Shown here: piece by piece, positions 8,652-18,559 of the stretch | How the letters are laid out: every line of letters starts with the position of its first letter | Numbering within the stretch: position 1 is the first letter of the stretch | From: a virus | Lineage: Duplodnaviria > Caudoviricetes | Reading direction: 5' to 3' (one strand) | Virus record (IMG/VR): IMGVR_UViG_3300037400_002947 | Coordinates: 1 to 64,000 of that record | Length of the DNA stretch: 64,000 nucleotides | The notes under the pieces: generated by a model | What the model was told of the DNA's origin: nothing | Databases searched by the model: none | What the model saw: only the letters and a program-made list of their open reading frames with translations | Program-made: the position numbers and the translations under genes

Positions 8652-10064
8652 TTAGTTTCCTTTCTTATAATTTGTGCCGGACGAGAACAACGATGTAATA
8701 TCTGTTTGCTCTACCCAGCTACCGTTAACTTTTTTATACGCCGCTACCACTTCAACACCCCACGAGCCATTAGCCTTTACATACAGTTTTGCAGTGTCAC
8801 CGGAGCCGCCTCCAATAACAACGGCGATTGTTGCGTTTCCGCTTACTGTATAGGTATACGTGTAATGATGCAGCGAGCCTCCATAAGAATATGTAACTTT
8901 CCAAGTTATTCCAAATAAGCGTCCGCCATAGTACGCAACTTCAAATTTTAGCCTCGCATTTTGAAGTTCGTCTCTTGTCCACTCTCCGGGATCAGAAATT
9001 GTAACCGTAGAATTTGATGTACTTGTAAAGTGCTGAACATTACTTTTAAGCTCTGATCCAGAATATAAAGACATATCGGCTTTATGCGTGGCATCGTGCG
9101 TAGTATTTTCACAAGCGCCATAGCATTTTACTTCAATGCTCTGAACTTCTGCTGCTTCAGGAATTGCACTGAAATCAAACGTATACCACGCCCATCCAGT
9201 CGCAGTATTACTGCCATTATCTTTAACGTATGTGTTATAAGATGTTGAGGTTGAGCCTGGGCTTTCCGCTGTATGTCCTACCGCATAGTTAAAGTAATTT
9301 CCTGTAGAACTTGAGCTTGTGTAAAAGTTTGCTCCACTTGCACTAAGTTCCGTTGTGAAACTGGACGCAGTCTGAGAAGTGCTTGTTGATGATCCGCCTG
9401 AATAGTGTTCCTCAAGTTCAGATGTGACATCGGTTCCATTAAGAGTTACAGTCACTGTATCGGAAATATTTGTTGGGGTAATAGTCAGCTCGAATTCATC
9501 GCCGTCATATGCTGTCGACTGACCAGAAGGCGATATCGTTCCGCTTCCGGATAGCGTCATGGTAATGGTTCTCGGATCGGGCATCGAATACGTTACTTCG
9601 ATTTCCGCGCCGTAGATGTACATGTAACTAGTTGTATTTCTACTTGCTCTACGACAGTTGATTCGGATACCAAAATCGTCTCCATATCCAAAAATGGTTT
9701 CCCAATCGGCTGTTATACCTGTAAAAGTATGAACCGAAGCAGTAGCCGTTATTGCCGTGCATGAGCCATTAATTGCAGTTGTTCCGTTAGCAAGATAAGG
9801 CTTATATGAATTGGAAGTGGAAACGCCCGACTCATAAGCTTTCAGTTTAACAGAAAAACTGCTTACAACCGCTCCGCTTGGAATATCATCGAAGTTAAAA
9901 CCTCTTAGATAAATATAATAAGAAGTTGTAGACGTTCTTGAGTTCGTAACGGTGGCGTACGAAGTGTTATCGGTGTTGTGGTACATATTTGCAGCATTGC
10001 TGACCGACAAATATGAACTACTACTTAAATAATATGTACTGGGGATAAGTCTTACCGTTGGCAT
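8652..10064 (-). CDS. Ser/Thr-rich fibre/adhesin protein with a duplicated beta-sandwich domain
   Basis: Two copies of F(N/D)F..IP..A.V.S..VK; C-terminal LYVKANGSW..AYKKVNGSW. Confidence 0.7.
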   Translation of the reverse strand: MPTVRLIPSTYYLSSSSYLSVSNAANMYHNTDNTSYATVTNSRTSTTSYYIYLRGFNFDDIPSGAVVSSFSVKLKAYESGVSTSNSYKPYLANGTTAINGSCTAITATASVHTFTGITADWETIFGYGDDFGIRINCRRASRNTTSYMYIYGAEIEVTYSMPDPRTITMTLSGSGTISPSGQSTAYDGDEFELTITPTNISDTVTVTLNGTDVTSELEEHYSGGSSTSTSQTASSFTTELSASGANFYTSSSSTGNYFNYAVGHTAESPGSTSTSYNTYVKDNGSNTATGWAWYTFDFSAIPEAAEVQSIEVKCYGACENTTHDATHKADMSLYSGSELKSNVQHFTSTSNSTVTISDPGEWTRDELQNARLKFEVAYYGGRLFGITWKVTYSYGGSLHHYTYTYTVSGNATIAVVIGGGSGDTAKLYVKANGSWGVEVVAAYKKVNGSWVEQTDITSLFSSGTNYKKGN

Positions 10065-10068
10065 TTAC

Positions 10069-10905
10069 TCACCCCACAGTCTTTAAGTAGATGTCGCCGT
10101 CGCTTCCGATCGAACTTGACGGGGTTGAACTGCCCGTGTAGTACGTCACGAATGCGAGCGTTCCGGTTACCGAAGCAATTCTGTCATCATCATTAGCGTC
10201 ACCAACTTTAACCGTAACGCCAGATGCAATATTTGCCGCAGATAATCCGCTCACGGTAACGGCTTTAATTGTCTGCGTTCCAGTTGTATATCTTCCAGAA
10301 GGAATCGTCTGGTCAGTCGTTGACGTGTTATATGTTGTTGCGGCAACCGTTGTAAGCTGCTGCGTTTTTGAGCCGCTTACCGTAATTGTCCCAGCTGTTC
10401 CGCTAGATACATATCCTGCGCTTACCGTAGGAGTTACATTTTGAGATGCCGAAGCAGTTGCCGTAATAAGACCGGACGAGCTTACAGAAATAGTTGGGTT
10501 AGCCGTTACCGTCGTTGCCGGAGTAGTAGCAGATCCGCTTGCTACCGACTTGCTTGCCGATTCCGCATAATATCCTGCCGGAGCTGTTACGGTTGCTCCA
10601 CTTACCGTGAGATTCGAACTGCTCCTTCTTGTAATTCCGGTTCCAACATAAGTGGATGAGATTGCCCCTACCGTAACAGAAGAAAGACCATCATAGCCTG
10701 TATCGGCCGTGATGGTCTGAGAAGATTCTGTAGGAGTTGCTGTTTTGTCCTGTAAGATTGGAGTCGACCCGCTATTTGTTCCGGTACTACGAACCCCACT
10801 TGCCTGATAGAACACTTTTGGAGAGGTTACATCAGCCGGAGCCGCTGTAGTATCCGTGACGTCCATAAGGGTCTCGCCATTAAATATTATTTTTGAAAAT
10901 GCCAT
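10069..10905 (-). CDS. Ser/Thr-rich modular fibre protein
   Basis: Shares SGATVTAPAGYY, TPATTVTANPT and KVGDANDDDRI modules with neighbours; C-terminal GSDGDIYL. Confidence 0.75.
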   Translation of the reverse strand: MAFSKIIFNGETLMDVTDTTAAPADVTSPKVFYQASGVRSTGTNSGSTPILQDKTATPTESSQTITADTGYDGLSSVTVGAISSTYVGTGITRRSSSNLTVSGATVTAPAGYYAESASKSVASGSATTPATTVTANPTISVSSSGLITATASASQNVTPTVSAGYVSSGTAGTITVSGSKTQQLTTVAATTYNTSTTDQTIPSGRYTTGTQTIKAVTVSGLSAANIASGVTVKVGDANDDDRIASVTGTLAFVTYYTGSSTPSSSIGSDGDIYLKTVG

Positions 10906-10916
10906 TATGACCCCCC

Positions 10917-10958
10917 TTAACCAACATCATTTTCGTCATTAATTGTTTCTTCGTTCAT
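10917..10958 (-). pseudogene. 13-aa mini-ORF or gene remnant (MNEETINDENDVG)
   Basis: Strong SD AAGGAG upstream; sits at the edge of the AT-rich segment. Confidence 0.4.
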
Positions 10959-11000
10959 TTATTTTCTCCTTAAAACAGGATAAAAGTGTTTTATCTTATT

Positions 11001-11978
11001 TTACTTCATACTTTCAATGTGTTTTAACCATCCATCAATAGTCATTGATTCGAGTTGCATTCCTTCCATTACGCTTCTGCCTCTAATTCCTTGAGAAATT
11101 TGGATTTTATCCATTGGAGAAATTTCATTCCAGTGTTTTTTATGCTTTTTATAATATTTTTGAAAATGTTTTTCTGTCATATCACGATATTCTTTATTTT
11201 CTTGGTTAATCCACTCAATTTTATTCATCGTATAATATGCATCAAATATCATAAAAGCAACATAGAATAATGCTTTATCTTTTGCGTTACGTTTTAAAAA
11301 CTCACCAACAAGAGCATCATTACTATCAATCATATTTTTATATGTTTTTAATATATATTTTGGATCATGTCTACATACACTTTCATCTCGCCATTTCCAT
11401 AAATAAAATGGAGTAGGGCAATATTTAACATTCTGAGAAAGATTAGAACATTGAATATTAAAGAAACTATCTTCATGAATCGTAAGATTAGGATTCCAAC
11501 GAATATTATTATCAATTAAATATTGCCGTCTATGAACTTTACCATGAACAAATGTACTATCCATTTCACGATTAATATAAATAGGTTCCTTTGTTTCAGG
11601 GTGTCTTGTTTCTTCAACAAATACTGATGTTAAACTATCAAAACCACCATATTCAATTTCACGAAATACAATCCATAATCCACACATGTTATAAAACATA
11701 TCATCAGCGTCACAGAACATTACATAATCTGCGGTTGCGTGATCAAGGCATGCATTACGCGTAGCACTGACTCCTAAATGTTCGTTAAAATAATATTCGA
11801 TTTTAAATGGGTAACCATTTATAAGTGCGTCACTTAAGTGGACGTCGGAGCCGTCATTTACTATGACGACTCCAATTTCATTAAAGTCTACATTTTGCTG
11901 AAGAGCTATGCTATCAAGTAATGGTTTTACGATATTATCAGTTTCATGGTATTGAGGTATTAAAATTTGTAATTTCAT
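11001..11978 (-). CDS. GT2-family glycosyltransferase
   Basis: ILIPQY, VNDGS, GVSATRN, FCDADD (DxD) and HEDSFFN motifs; AT-rich. Confidence 0.9.
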   Translation of the reverse strand: MKLQILIPQYHETDNIVKPLLDSIALQQNVDFNEIGVVIVNDGSDVHLSDALINGYPFKIEYYFNEHLGVSATRNACLDHATADYVMFCDADDMFYNMCGLWIVFREIEYGGFDSLTSVFVEETRHPETKEPIYINREMDSTFVHGKVHRRQYLIDNNIRWNPNLTIHEDSFFNIQCSNLSQNVKYCPTPFYLWKWRDESVCRHDPKYILKTYKNMIDSNDALVGEFLKRNAKDKALFYVAFMIFDAYYTMNKIEWINQENKEYRDMTEKHFQKYYKKHKKHWNEISPMDKIQISQGIRGRSVMEGMQLESMTIDGWLKHIESMK

Positions 11979-12003
11979 TATTCAATTTACTCCATTTATT
12001 AAA

Positions 12004-15000
12004 TTACATAGATACAAAACGTGATGAAAATCTACTCCAGTTAGTAGCTGTTAAATAAGAATTATATAATGAAGCTGGAACATAAATGCTTCCATATACT
12101 CCACCTGTTGATAAAGTATAACCATTTATTGGAGTTGTATTAAAAACAGAAAGATTATAAAGGGTTGGTATTGAAGAAGCATATAAATAAAAACTAAGTA
12201 ATTTTACACAACCATAAAAAGCTGATAAACCAATAGAACTACATGAAGATCCTATATATACTGTATTTAATTCCGTACAATTCCAAAAAGCACTTGACTC
12301 AATTGTAATTACTTTTGGCATACTAATTATAGAAAGAGTAGTACAATATGAAAATGCAGTTTTTCCTATATTAGTTACAAGTGGTATACTTATAGAAGTT
12401 AAAGCTGAACAACGTTCAAAAACATCTGTACCTAATGATGTTAATAATGGTAAATTTACAGTTGATAATTTATTACAACTATAAAAAACATTATTACCTA
12501 AACTTGTAACTTTTGAAAGATCAAGTGTTGATAATGATGTACAATTTTGAAAAGCACCCCCAGCTATTGCTGTTACATTTGGAATATTTATTGATATTAA
12601 AGAATAATTATTTTGAAAAGCCCATCCATTAATTGTAGTACATTCAGGAAAATCATAGTATGAAACTTTCGGAGTATATCCAAAAGCATAGGCTCCAATA
12701 GTTTGAACTTTTGGTGCATAAATAGTATTCAAATTAGAACAAGAATAAAATGCCGAAGAACCTATTGTTGTAGCGACTGGTGCGCTAACATTTAATAGCG
12801 CTGAACATGATCTAAAAGTACCCTCAGAAATTGCAGTTAATAATGGCATATTTATTTCTGTTAAATAATAACAAGACTGAAAAGCTTGTGATCGAAGAGT
12901 TGATACTTTTGGAATTGAAATATAACTTATATTAGTATTTAACATAAAAGCCTTTTCATAAATTGTAGTACATTCGGGAAAAGAAAACGATGCTCTATTA
13001 ATATAAGTATAATTGTCCATTCCATAAAAAGCTTGCGTACCTATTGTCTTCACACTTGGAAAAGTAAAAGCTCCGGAAAAAACTTCTCCCATATATTGAA
13101 AATTTCTAATTGAAGAAAGTGAATTTAAATATTCAGAAAGTCCATCAATATTTGGAGTGATTGTACTTCTTTTTTCTAAGTATTGATAAATTACAGGAAT
13201 AGATGTTGATACATTTACACTTGCATAATTAGTAATATTGTATGTTCCATTAGATGTAATATTATATGTTCCTGTTGGTTGAATATATCCACTTGGAATT
13301 GGTACATTTACGCTTGCTGCTCCATATTCTTTAACATTATATGTTCCATTTTCTGTAATAGAAATTGTTGGAATTATGTTTTCAATATATATTTTATAAC
13401 TATTTGCTGTTGCTGTAACATCATTATCTGATGTAGTAAAAGTATAAGAATTTGTACCTCCACTACTAGTTGATACAACTTCTCCATCAAGATAAATAGT
13501 TCCGCCATCAACAATTCTAAATTTAAATGTATCACCTGGAACAAAACTATAAGTTGCACCAGTAACAAAATCTTGTCTAGTTCCTCCATTTTTTTCTATA
13601 GTATATGTTGATCCTTGAGCACCTAGTAAAGTTAAAGTATAAGTTGGTGATACATTAACATTTGCACTTGCATAATTTTTAACATCATAAGTCCCATCAG
13701 TAGTAATATCTAATGTTCCTGCTGGTTGAATATAAGAACTTGGAATAGCTGCAACAGTAACTGCACCAGTAGTATACCTACCTGCTGCAACAGCAGTTTG
13801 AGCAGAAGTAGTTGGTGTTACAGTTTTTGCTGCCTGTGTTGTAAGATTTAATGTACCTGTTGTTGTTCCTGCTGTAACATAACCCGCGGCCTGGGTATGA
13901 GATGCTGTAACTACCCCTGTAGAAGAATTAATACTTGCCGTAGGATTTGCATGAGTTGCAGTTGCAACAGATTTTGATGCTTCGGAAGCATAGTATCCTG
14001 CGGGTACAGTTACAGTAGCGCCACTTGCTGTTAAATTAGAAGATGTTTTTGTTGCAATATTACCTTTAACTTCCGCGCCATCTACAAATCCTGAATACCC
14101 AGATAAAATCTGAGAAGCACCTGCCGCGGTTTGTCCGCTTGATACAGTGTTTGCCGCAGTAAAAGTCCCAGTAACACCAGTAATTCTATCATCGTCTGCT
14201 GAATCACCAACTTTAACTACAACTCCACTTTTTATATTTGCTGCTGAAATATTTGAAGTGGTAACACCACGAATCGTTTGTGTGCCTGTTAAATATTGCC
14301 CCGATGCAATAGTTTGATTAGATGTATTTACATTATATGTAGAAGCAGCTTTTACAGTAAGCAGTTGAGTTTTTGATCCACTTACCGTAATTTTTCCTGC
14401 TGTACCACTAGATACATATCCAGCAGAAACAGTAGGAGTAACATTTTGAGAAGTAGATGCAGTTGCAGTAATCAAACCATCAGTACTTACACTAATTGTT
14501 GGATTTGCTGTAATAGTTGTAGCTGGTGTCGTTGCAGAACCACTTGCAATTGCTTTTGATGCTTGAGAAGAATAATATCCTGCGGGTACAGTAACTGTGG
14601 CTCCACTTACAGTGAGGTCTGAAGAAGACTTTCTTGCAATATCAGATCCTACATATGTAGATGATATTGCTCCAACGCTAACTTTGGTAAATGCATCATA
14701 TCCAGTGTCTGGAGTTACTGTTTGCGCTGTTTCAGAGGGAGTCACACTTTTATTTCCTTGTAATATAAACGTCTCTGACGCAGTGATTTCTCTAATTGTT
14801 CCGCCAGCCGCATCTTGCGTATCTTCAACAATAATTACTCCGCCGTTGGCGGTTCCTGTGAGTTTAGTGCCGTCAGCACCGTACGCAGTGTAGCCCTCTA
14901 ATATTTCACTGGATGTAGCAGTAGCATCAGTCGTATCAACGAATGACGCACTGCCGCCACCAGTCTTAGGCAACACCACAGATGGCACACTTTGAAAGTT

Positions 15001-15030
15001 TTCGCCATTAATAGTGATGTTTTGTGCCAT
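12004..15030 (-). CDS. Fibre protein with Ser/Thr modules and C-terminal BspA-type leucine-rich repeats
   Basis: About 12 repeats of (T/S)IG..AF..C..L..(I/V).(I/M)P in the C-terminal third; ITxNGTY(N/D)V repeats. Confidence 0.85.
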   Translation of the reverse strand: MAQNITINGENFQSVPSVVLPKTGGGSASFVDTTDATATSSEILEGYTAYGADGTKLTGTANGGVIIVEDTQDAAGGTIREITASETFILQGNKSVTPSETAQTVTPDTGYDAFTKVSVGAISSTYVGSDIARKSSSDLTVSGATVTVPAGYYSSQASKAIASGSATTPATTITANPTISVSTDGLITATASTSQNVTPTVSAGYVSSGTAGKITVSGSKTQLLTVKAASTYNVNTSNQTIASGQYLTGTQTIRGVTTSNISAANIKSGVVVKVGDSADDDRITGVTGTFTAANTVSSGQTAAGASQILSGYSGFVDGAEVKGNIATKTSSNLTASGATVTVPAGYYASEASKSVATATHANPTASINSSTGVVTASHTQAAGYVTAGTTTGTLNLTTQAAKTVTPTTSAQTAVAAGRYTTGAVTVAAIPSSYIQPAGTLDITTDGTYDVKNYASANVNVSPTYTLTLLGAQGSTYTIEKNGGTRQDFVTGATYSFVPGDTFKFRIVDGGTIYLDGEVVSTSSGGTNSYTFTTSDNDVTATANSYKIYIENIIPTISITENGTYNVKEYGAASVNVPIPSGYIQPTGTYNITSNGTYNITNYASVNVSTSIPVIYQYLEKRSTITPNIDGLSEYLNSLSSIRNFQYMGEVFSGAFTFPSVKTIGTQAFYGMDNYTYINRASFSFPECTTIYEKAFMLNTNISYISIPKVSTLRSQAFQSCYYLTEINMPLLTAISEGTFRSCSALLNVSAPVATTIGSSAFYSCSNLNTIYAPKVQTIGAYAFGYTPKVSYYDFPECTTINGWAFQNNYSLISINIPNVTAIAGGAFQNCTSLSTLDLSKVTSLGNNVFYSCNKLSTVNLPLLTSLGTDVFERCSALTSISIPLVTNIGKTAFSYCTTLSIISMPKVITIESSAFWNCTELNTVYIGSSCSSIGLSAFYGCVKLLSFYLYASSIPTLYNLSVFNTTPINGYTLSTGGVYGSIYVPASLYNSYLTATNWSRFSSRFVSM

Positions 15031-15048
15031 AATTCCTCCTTTTATTCA

Positions 15049-16488
15049 TTACGAGATACTAAGCACCTTTGTCGTCGCATCCTGAGACACGAGCGGTGTT
15101 GTCAAAGTACCCGTGATTAGTGATCCATTAACATAAGCTTTGTAGCCATTGAGAATGCGCGAAGCATTGGCGGCGTTGGTCGATATTGCGGTGTCAACAA
15201 CTGTCGAACTACCTGCGACGCCAAGCAGAGTTACTCCGGATTTGATGTTTCCGGAGACGATCTTAGCCTGTTCGGTAGAAGAGATGGATACAGTACCGCC
15301 AGTTGTATATCCTGCCGGAATCGTGACGGTTCCGGTCTTAGTTGAGATAGTGCCAGATGTCGAGCCATTTGATGCGATTGAACCCTTTACTTCGGCTCCG
15401 TCTACGAAAGCTGAGTATCCGGTGATAATCTGCGCCGCTCCTGCAGCAGTCTGACCAGACGAAACGGTATTTGCCGCCGTGAACGTACCAGTCGCCGTAG
15501 CGATTCTGTCGTCATCATTCGCATCGCCAACCTTAATGGTAACGCCACTCTTAATGTTAGCGGCAGAAATATTTGCCGTTGTTACAGCCTTAATAGTCTG
15601 AGCGCCAGAGAGATACTGACCTGCCGCAATCGTCTGATCTGTCTTTGAAGTGTTATATGTTGCCGCAGCCTTCGACGGGATGTTTCCTGCGACGAGCGTA
15701 CCGTCGTTGTTGTACGCCGAGTATCCGCTAAGGATTACGCCAGATGCAAGGTCTGCCGACGCACCATCAGGGACGAGCTTCGCAAGGCTGATTTTAATGT
15801 CGTCGGTATAACCCTTGTTAATGTAAAGGGAATCGCCAGAGACAAGCACCGGAGCGGAAGTAGTAGATGAGATGTCCACATACTCGGTTCCTGCCGTTGC
15901 AGAATTTGCGAACGTCGCCGCAGCCATCTCGCCTTCCTGAATCCATCCGGTGTTCCATGTCGCCTTGCCGCGTGTTGCAGTCGTTCCAGATACCGTCGTC
16001 GTGCCTTCTGTTACCGATGATGTGTCGAGTTGTTTCGTGTTGCTTCCACTCACCGATACAGTTCCGGCAGTTCCAGCCGAGACATAGCCTGCCGTAACGG
16101 TTGGCGTGACCGATTTCGATCCGCTCGCCGTTGCCGTGACAAGACCAGTGTCGCTGACGGTAATTGTCGGATTTGCCGTAATGGTTGTAGCAGGCGTTTT
16201 AGCTGAACCAGACGCGACTGCTTTCGATGTGTTAGAAGCGTAGTAACCCGCAGGCGCAGTAACGGTTGCGCCAGAGACAGTCATGTCTGAAGCTGTCTTG
16301 GTTGCAATTGCACCTGTGAATTTCGTGCCGTCGGCATAAGCCGTATAGCCAGACAGCATCTGATCGCCACTAGTCAACGTAGCATCAGATGTGTCGTAAA
16401 ATTGAGCTGTGCCACCACCAGACAGCGGAATGTCAACTTCGGGTACACTATTATATGTTACGCCATTAATAATTACATTCTGTGCCAT
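15049..16488 (-). CDS. Ser/Thr-rich modular fibre protein
   Basis: N-terminus paralogous to 12004-15030 (MAQN(V/I).ING...VP.V..P..GGG.A.F.DT.DAT); repeated ILSGYxAY and NIKSGV modules. Confidence 0.8.
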   Translation of the reverse strand: MAQNVIINGVTYNSVPEVDIPLSGGGTAQFYDTSDATLTSGDQMLSGYTAYADGTKFTGAIATKTASDMTVSGATVTAPAGYYASNTSKAVASGSAKTPATTITANPTITVSDTGLVTATASGSKSVTPTVTAGYVSAGTAGTVSVSGSNTKQLDTSSVTEGTTTVSGTTATRGKATWNTGWIQEGEMAAATFANSATAGTEYVDISSTTSAPVLVSGDSLYINKGYTDDIKISLAKLVPDGASADLASGVILSGYSAYNNDGTLVAGNIPSKAAATYNTSKTDQTIAAGQYLSGAQTIKAVTTANISAANIKSGVTIKVGDANDDDRIATATGTFTAANTVSSGQTAAGAAQIITGYSAFVDGAEVKGSIASNGSTSGTISTKTGTVTIPAGYTTGGTVSISSTEQAKIVSGNIKSGVTLLGVAGSSTVVDTAISTNAANASRILNGYKAYVNGSLITGTLTTPLVSQDATTKVLSIS

Positions 16489-16501
16489 AAATTTATCCTT
16501 T

Positions 16502-16789
16502 TTACGACACTGTAAGCACAGCGCCGTTCCATGTTATTAATCCCCAATTGCTAGGTATCGGGTTAACAATAATGTTTTCAGCAACGATCTTCCCAGAAGT
16601 AGGAACTACCTGTGTGGAAGGTGTCGGTGTAAAGCTAGTCTCACCGTCGTACGTGTCTACCGTGCCGGTAAGTTTGGCTCCGGTAGACCCATATGCGGTG
16701 TAGCCAGAAAGGATTTTATCCGCTGTGGCAGTTGCGTCTGTAAGGTTTACTATATCTTCGCCATTAACATTAACGATATTTACTGCCAT
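16502..16789 (-). CDS. Small fibre-module protein
   Basis: DATATADKILSGYTAY module. Confidence 0.7.
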   Translation of the reverse strand: MAVNIVNVNGEDIVNLTDATATADKILSGYTAYGSTGAKLTGTVDTYDGETSFTPTPSTQVVPTSGKIVAENIIVNPIPSNWGLITWNGAVLTVS

Positions 16790-16815
16790 TTCTTTCAATT
16801 ATCCTCCTAAGCTTT

Positions 16816-17415
16816 TTACGCAGCAGACCCGATAGTCACAGTGACGCCCCCAGCGGCGTTGTCTGTTCTGATTACCGGAATCGGCGCAACGGTCACCTGA
16901 GTAAGATAGTTGTACGTCGGCGAGTCCGGAGTAATTGTCTGCTGTGCGAATGTCGGAGTGACAGACTTCGTCTGGGCGCTAACGTCCTCAGAGCCAGACA
17001 TCGTACCTGTTACACCGAGAATCTCAACGCCAGCACGGATGTTTTCGGCAATAATCTTCGACTGTTCGGCTGAATCAATTGCAACCGATCCTGAGCCGTC
17101 GTGGTAACCTTGGGGAATGACGTACGGAGTGCTGAGATCAGAAATCGTTCCTGAGACAGCGCCGCGATTCGGCATCGTACCAGTTACCTTGTTGCCGGAA
17201 ACATACGCAGTTTTTGTCGCCAGAATCTCGGATGCAGTAGCGGTAGCGTCGGACGTATCGGAATCATACGTGCAAGCGCCAGTAATCGGAGCGCCGTCCC
17301 TTCCATGGGCCGTATACGGTGCAAGCAGATATTGTGCCTCGACCGTGTCGCTCGTAAGGTCGATCAGTGTTTCGCCGCTTGAGAGGACAACCTTACTTAC
17401 ATATTCATTAGCCAT
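16816..17415 (-). CDS. Fibre-module protein
   Basis: DATATASEIL, IPQGYHDGSG and NIRAGVEILGVTGT modules. Confidence 0.75.
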   Translation of the reverse strand: MANEYVSKVVLSSGETLIDLTSDTVEAQYLLAPYTAHGRDGAPITGACTYDSDTSDATATASEILATKTAYVSGNKVTGTMPNRGAVSGTISDLSTPYVIPQGYHDGSGSVAIDSAEQSKIIAENIRAGVEILGVTGTMSGSEDVSAQTKSVTPTFAQQTITPDSPTYNYLTQVTVAPIPVIRTDNAAGGVTVTIGSAA

Positions 17416-17692
17416 TTATGTTTCCTCCAATATAAACAGTTTTGCCGCCCGACGGATTGGTCGTGCGGCTAACAACAATTGCTTCTACGGTAACATCGTT
17501 TTCCATGATTTTATTCGCCGTTTCTAATGTCTGAGCAAAGAATTCGGGAGTAACGGAATATTCGCCGTCATAATAATCATGGTCGCATTGAACAGTTAAC
17601 GCATATTCGTCTACTTTTAGGCTGATGTTAGTAGAAGCTACTTCGAGTTTAATGTCCTTTGAGTCATCATCAACTCTCAAAGTGATAGGCAT
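17408..17692 (-). CDS. Fibre-associated small protein
   Basis: YDGEYSVTP...QTL.T..K...DVTV motif shared with 16502-16789. Confidence 0.7.
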   Translation of the reverse strand: MPITLRVDDDSKDIKLEVASTNISLKVDEYALTVQCDHDYYDGEYSVTPEFFAQTLETANKIMENDVTVEAIVVSRTTNPSGGKTVYIGGNING

Positions 17693-18000
17693 TATATCAC
17701 CTCTTTAAGCAGATTCTCCTTGCACAGAACCGGAACGATTTCCGTAGCATAGCGGTTACCGTCTCTCGTCACCCAGTTGACCTGAACGTCAACAGACTGA
17801 TGTTCTTTGAACATTGCCGTCTGTTCCTGGGTAAGATGAACTTTAATTCTCGTGCCGTTCTCAAGCTGTTCAAGCGTTACCTCGTTAACAGTCAATACCT
17901 TTTTGCGGCGATTGTCGCTGTACGAAACGTACACATCGCAGCCTGAGAGATCGTGGTCTGGAACAAAGAGAGTCTGTAGAGGAGTAGTGTATTGACGCAT
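17692..18000 (-). CDS. BppU-N-like adaptor protein
   Basis: IKVHLTQEQTAMF...VQVNW motif; SD AGGAGG. Confidence 0.55.
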   Translation of the reverse strand: MRQYTTPLQTLFVPDHDLSGCDVYVSYSDNRRKKVLTVNEVTLEQLENGTRIKVHLTQEQTAMFKEHQSVDVQVNWVTRDGNRYATEIVPVLCKENLLKEVI

Positions 18001-18012
18001 AACATCCTCCTA

Positions 18013-18144
18013 TTATGAGTAATGCATTCGTGTTATCTCATGGTATTCATCAGCGGTAATGACGCCTTGCGCCACAAGCCGCTTCAAATCTTTAATTCCG
18101 TACACGCCGGTTTCCCAGTAGTAACGGATTTCGTTTATCGTCAC
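18013..18144 (-). CDS. XkdX-family small protein; not in the ORF track
   Basis: GTG start; TINEIRYYWETGVY...LVAQGVITADEYHEIT. Confidence 0.75.
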   Translation of the reverse strand: MTINEIRYYWETGVYGIKDLKRLVAQGVITADEYHEITRMHYS

Positions 18145-18151
18145 GATGCAA

Positions 18152-18559
18152 TCACTCCTTTATAATATAAACGTCTGTATAATAAAGTCCGCGTTGCAGT
18201 GCTTCTTCGTGCGACGAAACAAATATATCTATCTGATGGTCGCCAACGCCTCTGTCCTCGACGACGTATTCTTCGCCGTCAATCAGCAGGCGTGTTCCAA
18301 ACGGCAGCGTTCCTGCGGCAACCGTGTGGTTTGGCGTCGCAAGAGCGCCAGAAGCCGTGATGCCGTCTGACTTCCCACAGCACTTTGCGCACGGACAATA
18401 AAATGTAATCCGGCACTCACCGTAGTATTCTGTGGTAACTGCCGGACGTTCAATAACAATCACGTTGGCGTCATACCATGTTGTCATTAGGGTAGAATAA
18501 AAGAGAAGTCGAGCAATCAGTCTCCTTAAAGCTTTTGTGAGTATTTGAGATTGATCCAT
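18152..18559 (-). CDS. 3D-domain (lytic transglycosylase-like) protein
   Basis: ITFYCPCAKCCGK, TASG, LPFGT, VEDRG and IDIF motifs. Confidence 0.85.
   Translation of the reverse strand: MDQSQILTKALRRLIARLLFYSTLMTTWYDANVIVIERPAVTTEYYGECRITFYCPCAKCCGKSDGITASGALATPNHTVAAGTLPFGTRLLIDGEEYVVEDRGVGDHQIDIFVSSHEEALQRGLYYTDVYIIKE

Noticed and set aside
12004-13200. BspA-LRR C-terminus as a diversity-generating retroelement target
   Set aside because: No reverse transcriptase and no template repeat are visible in the window; a remote DGR cannot be excluded.
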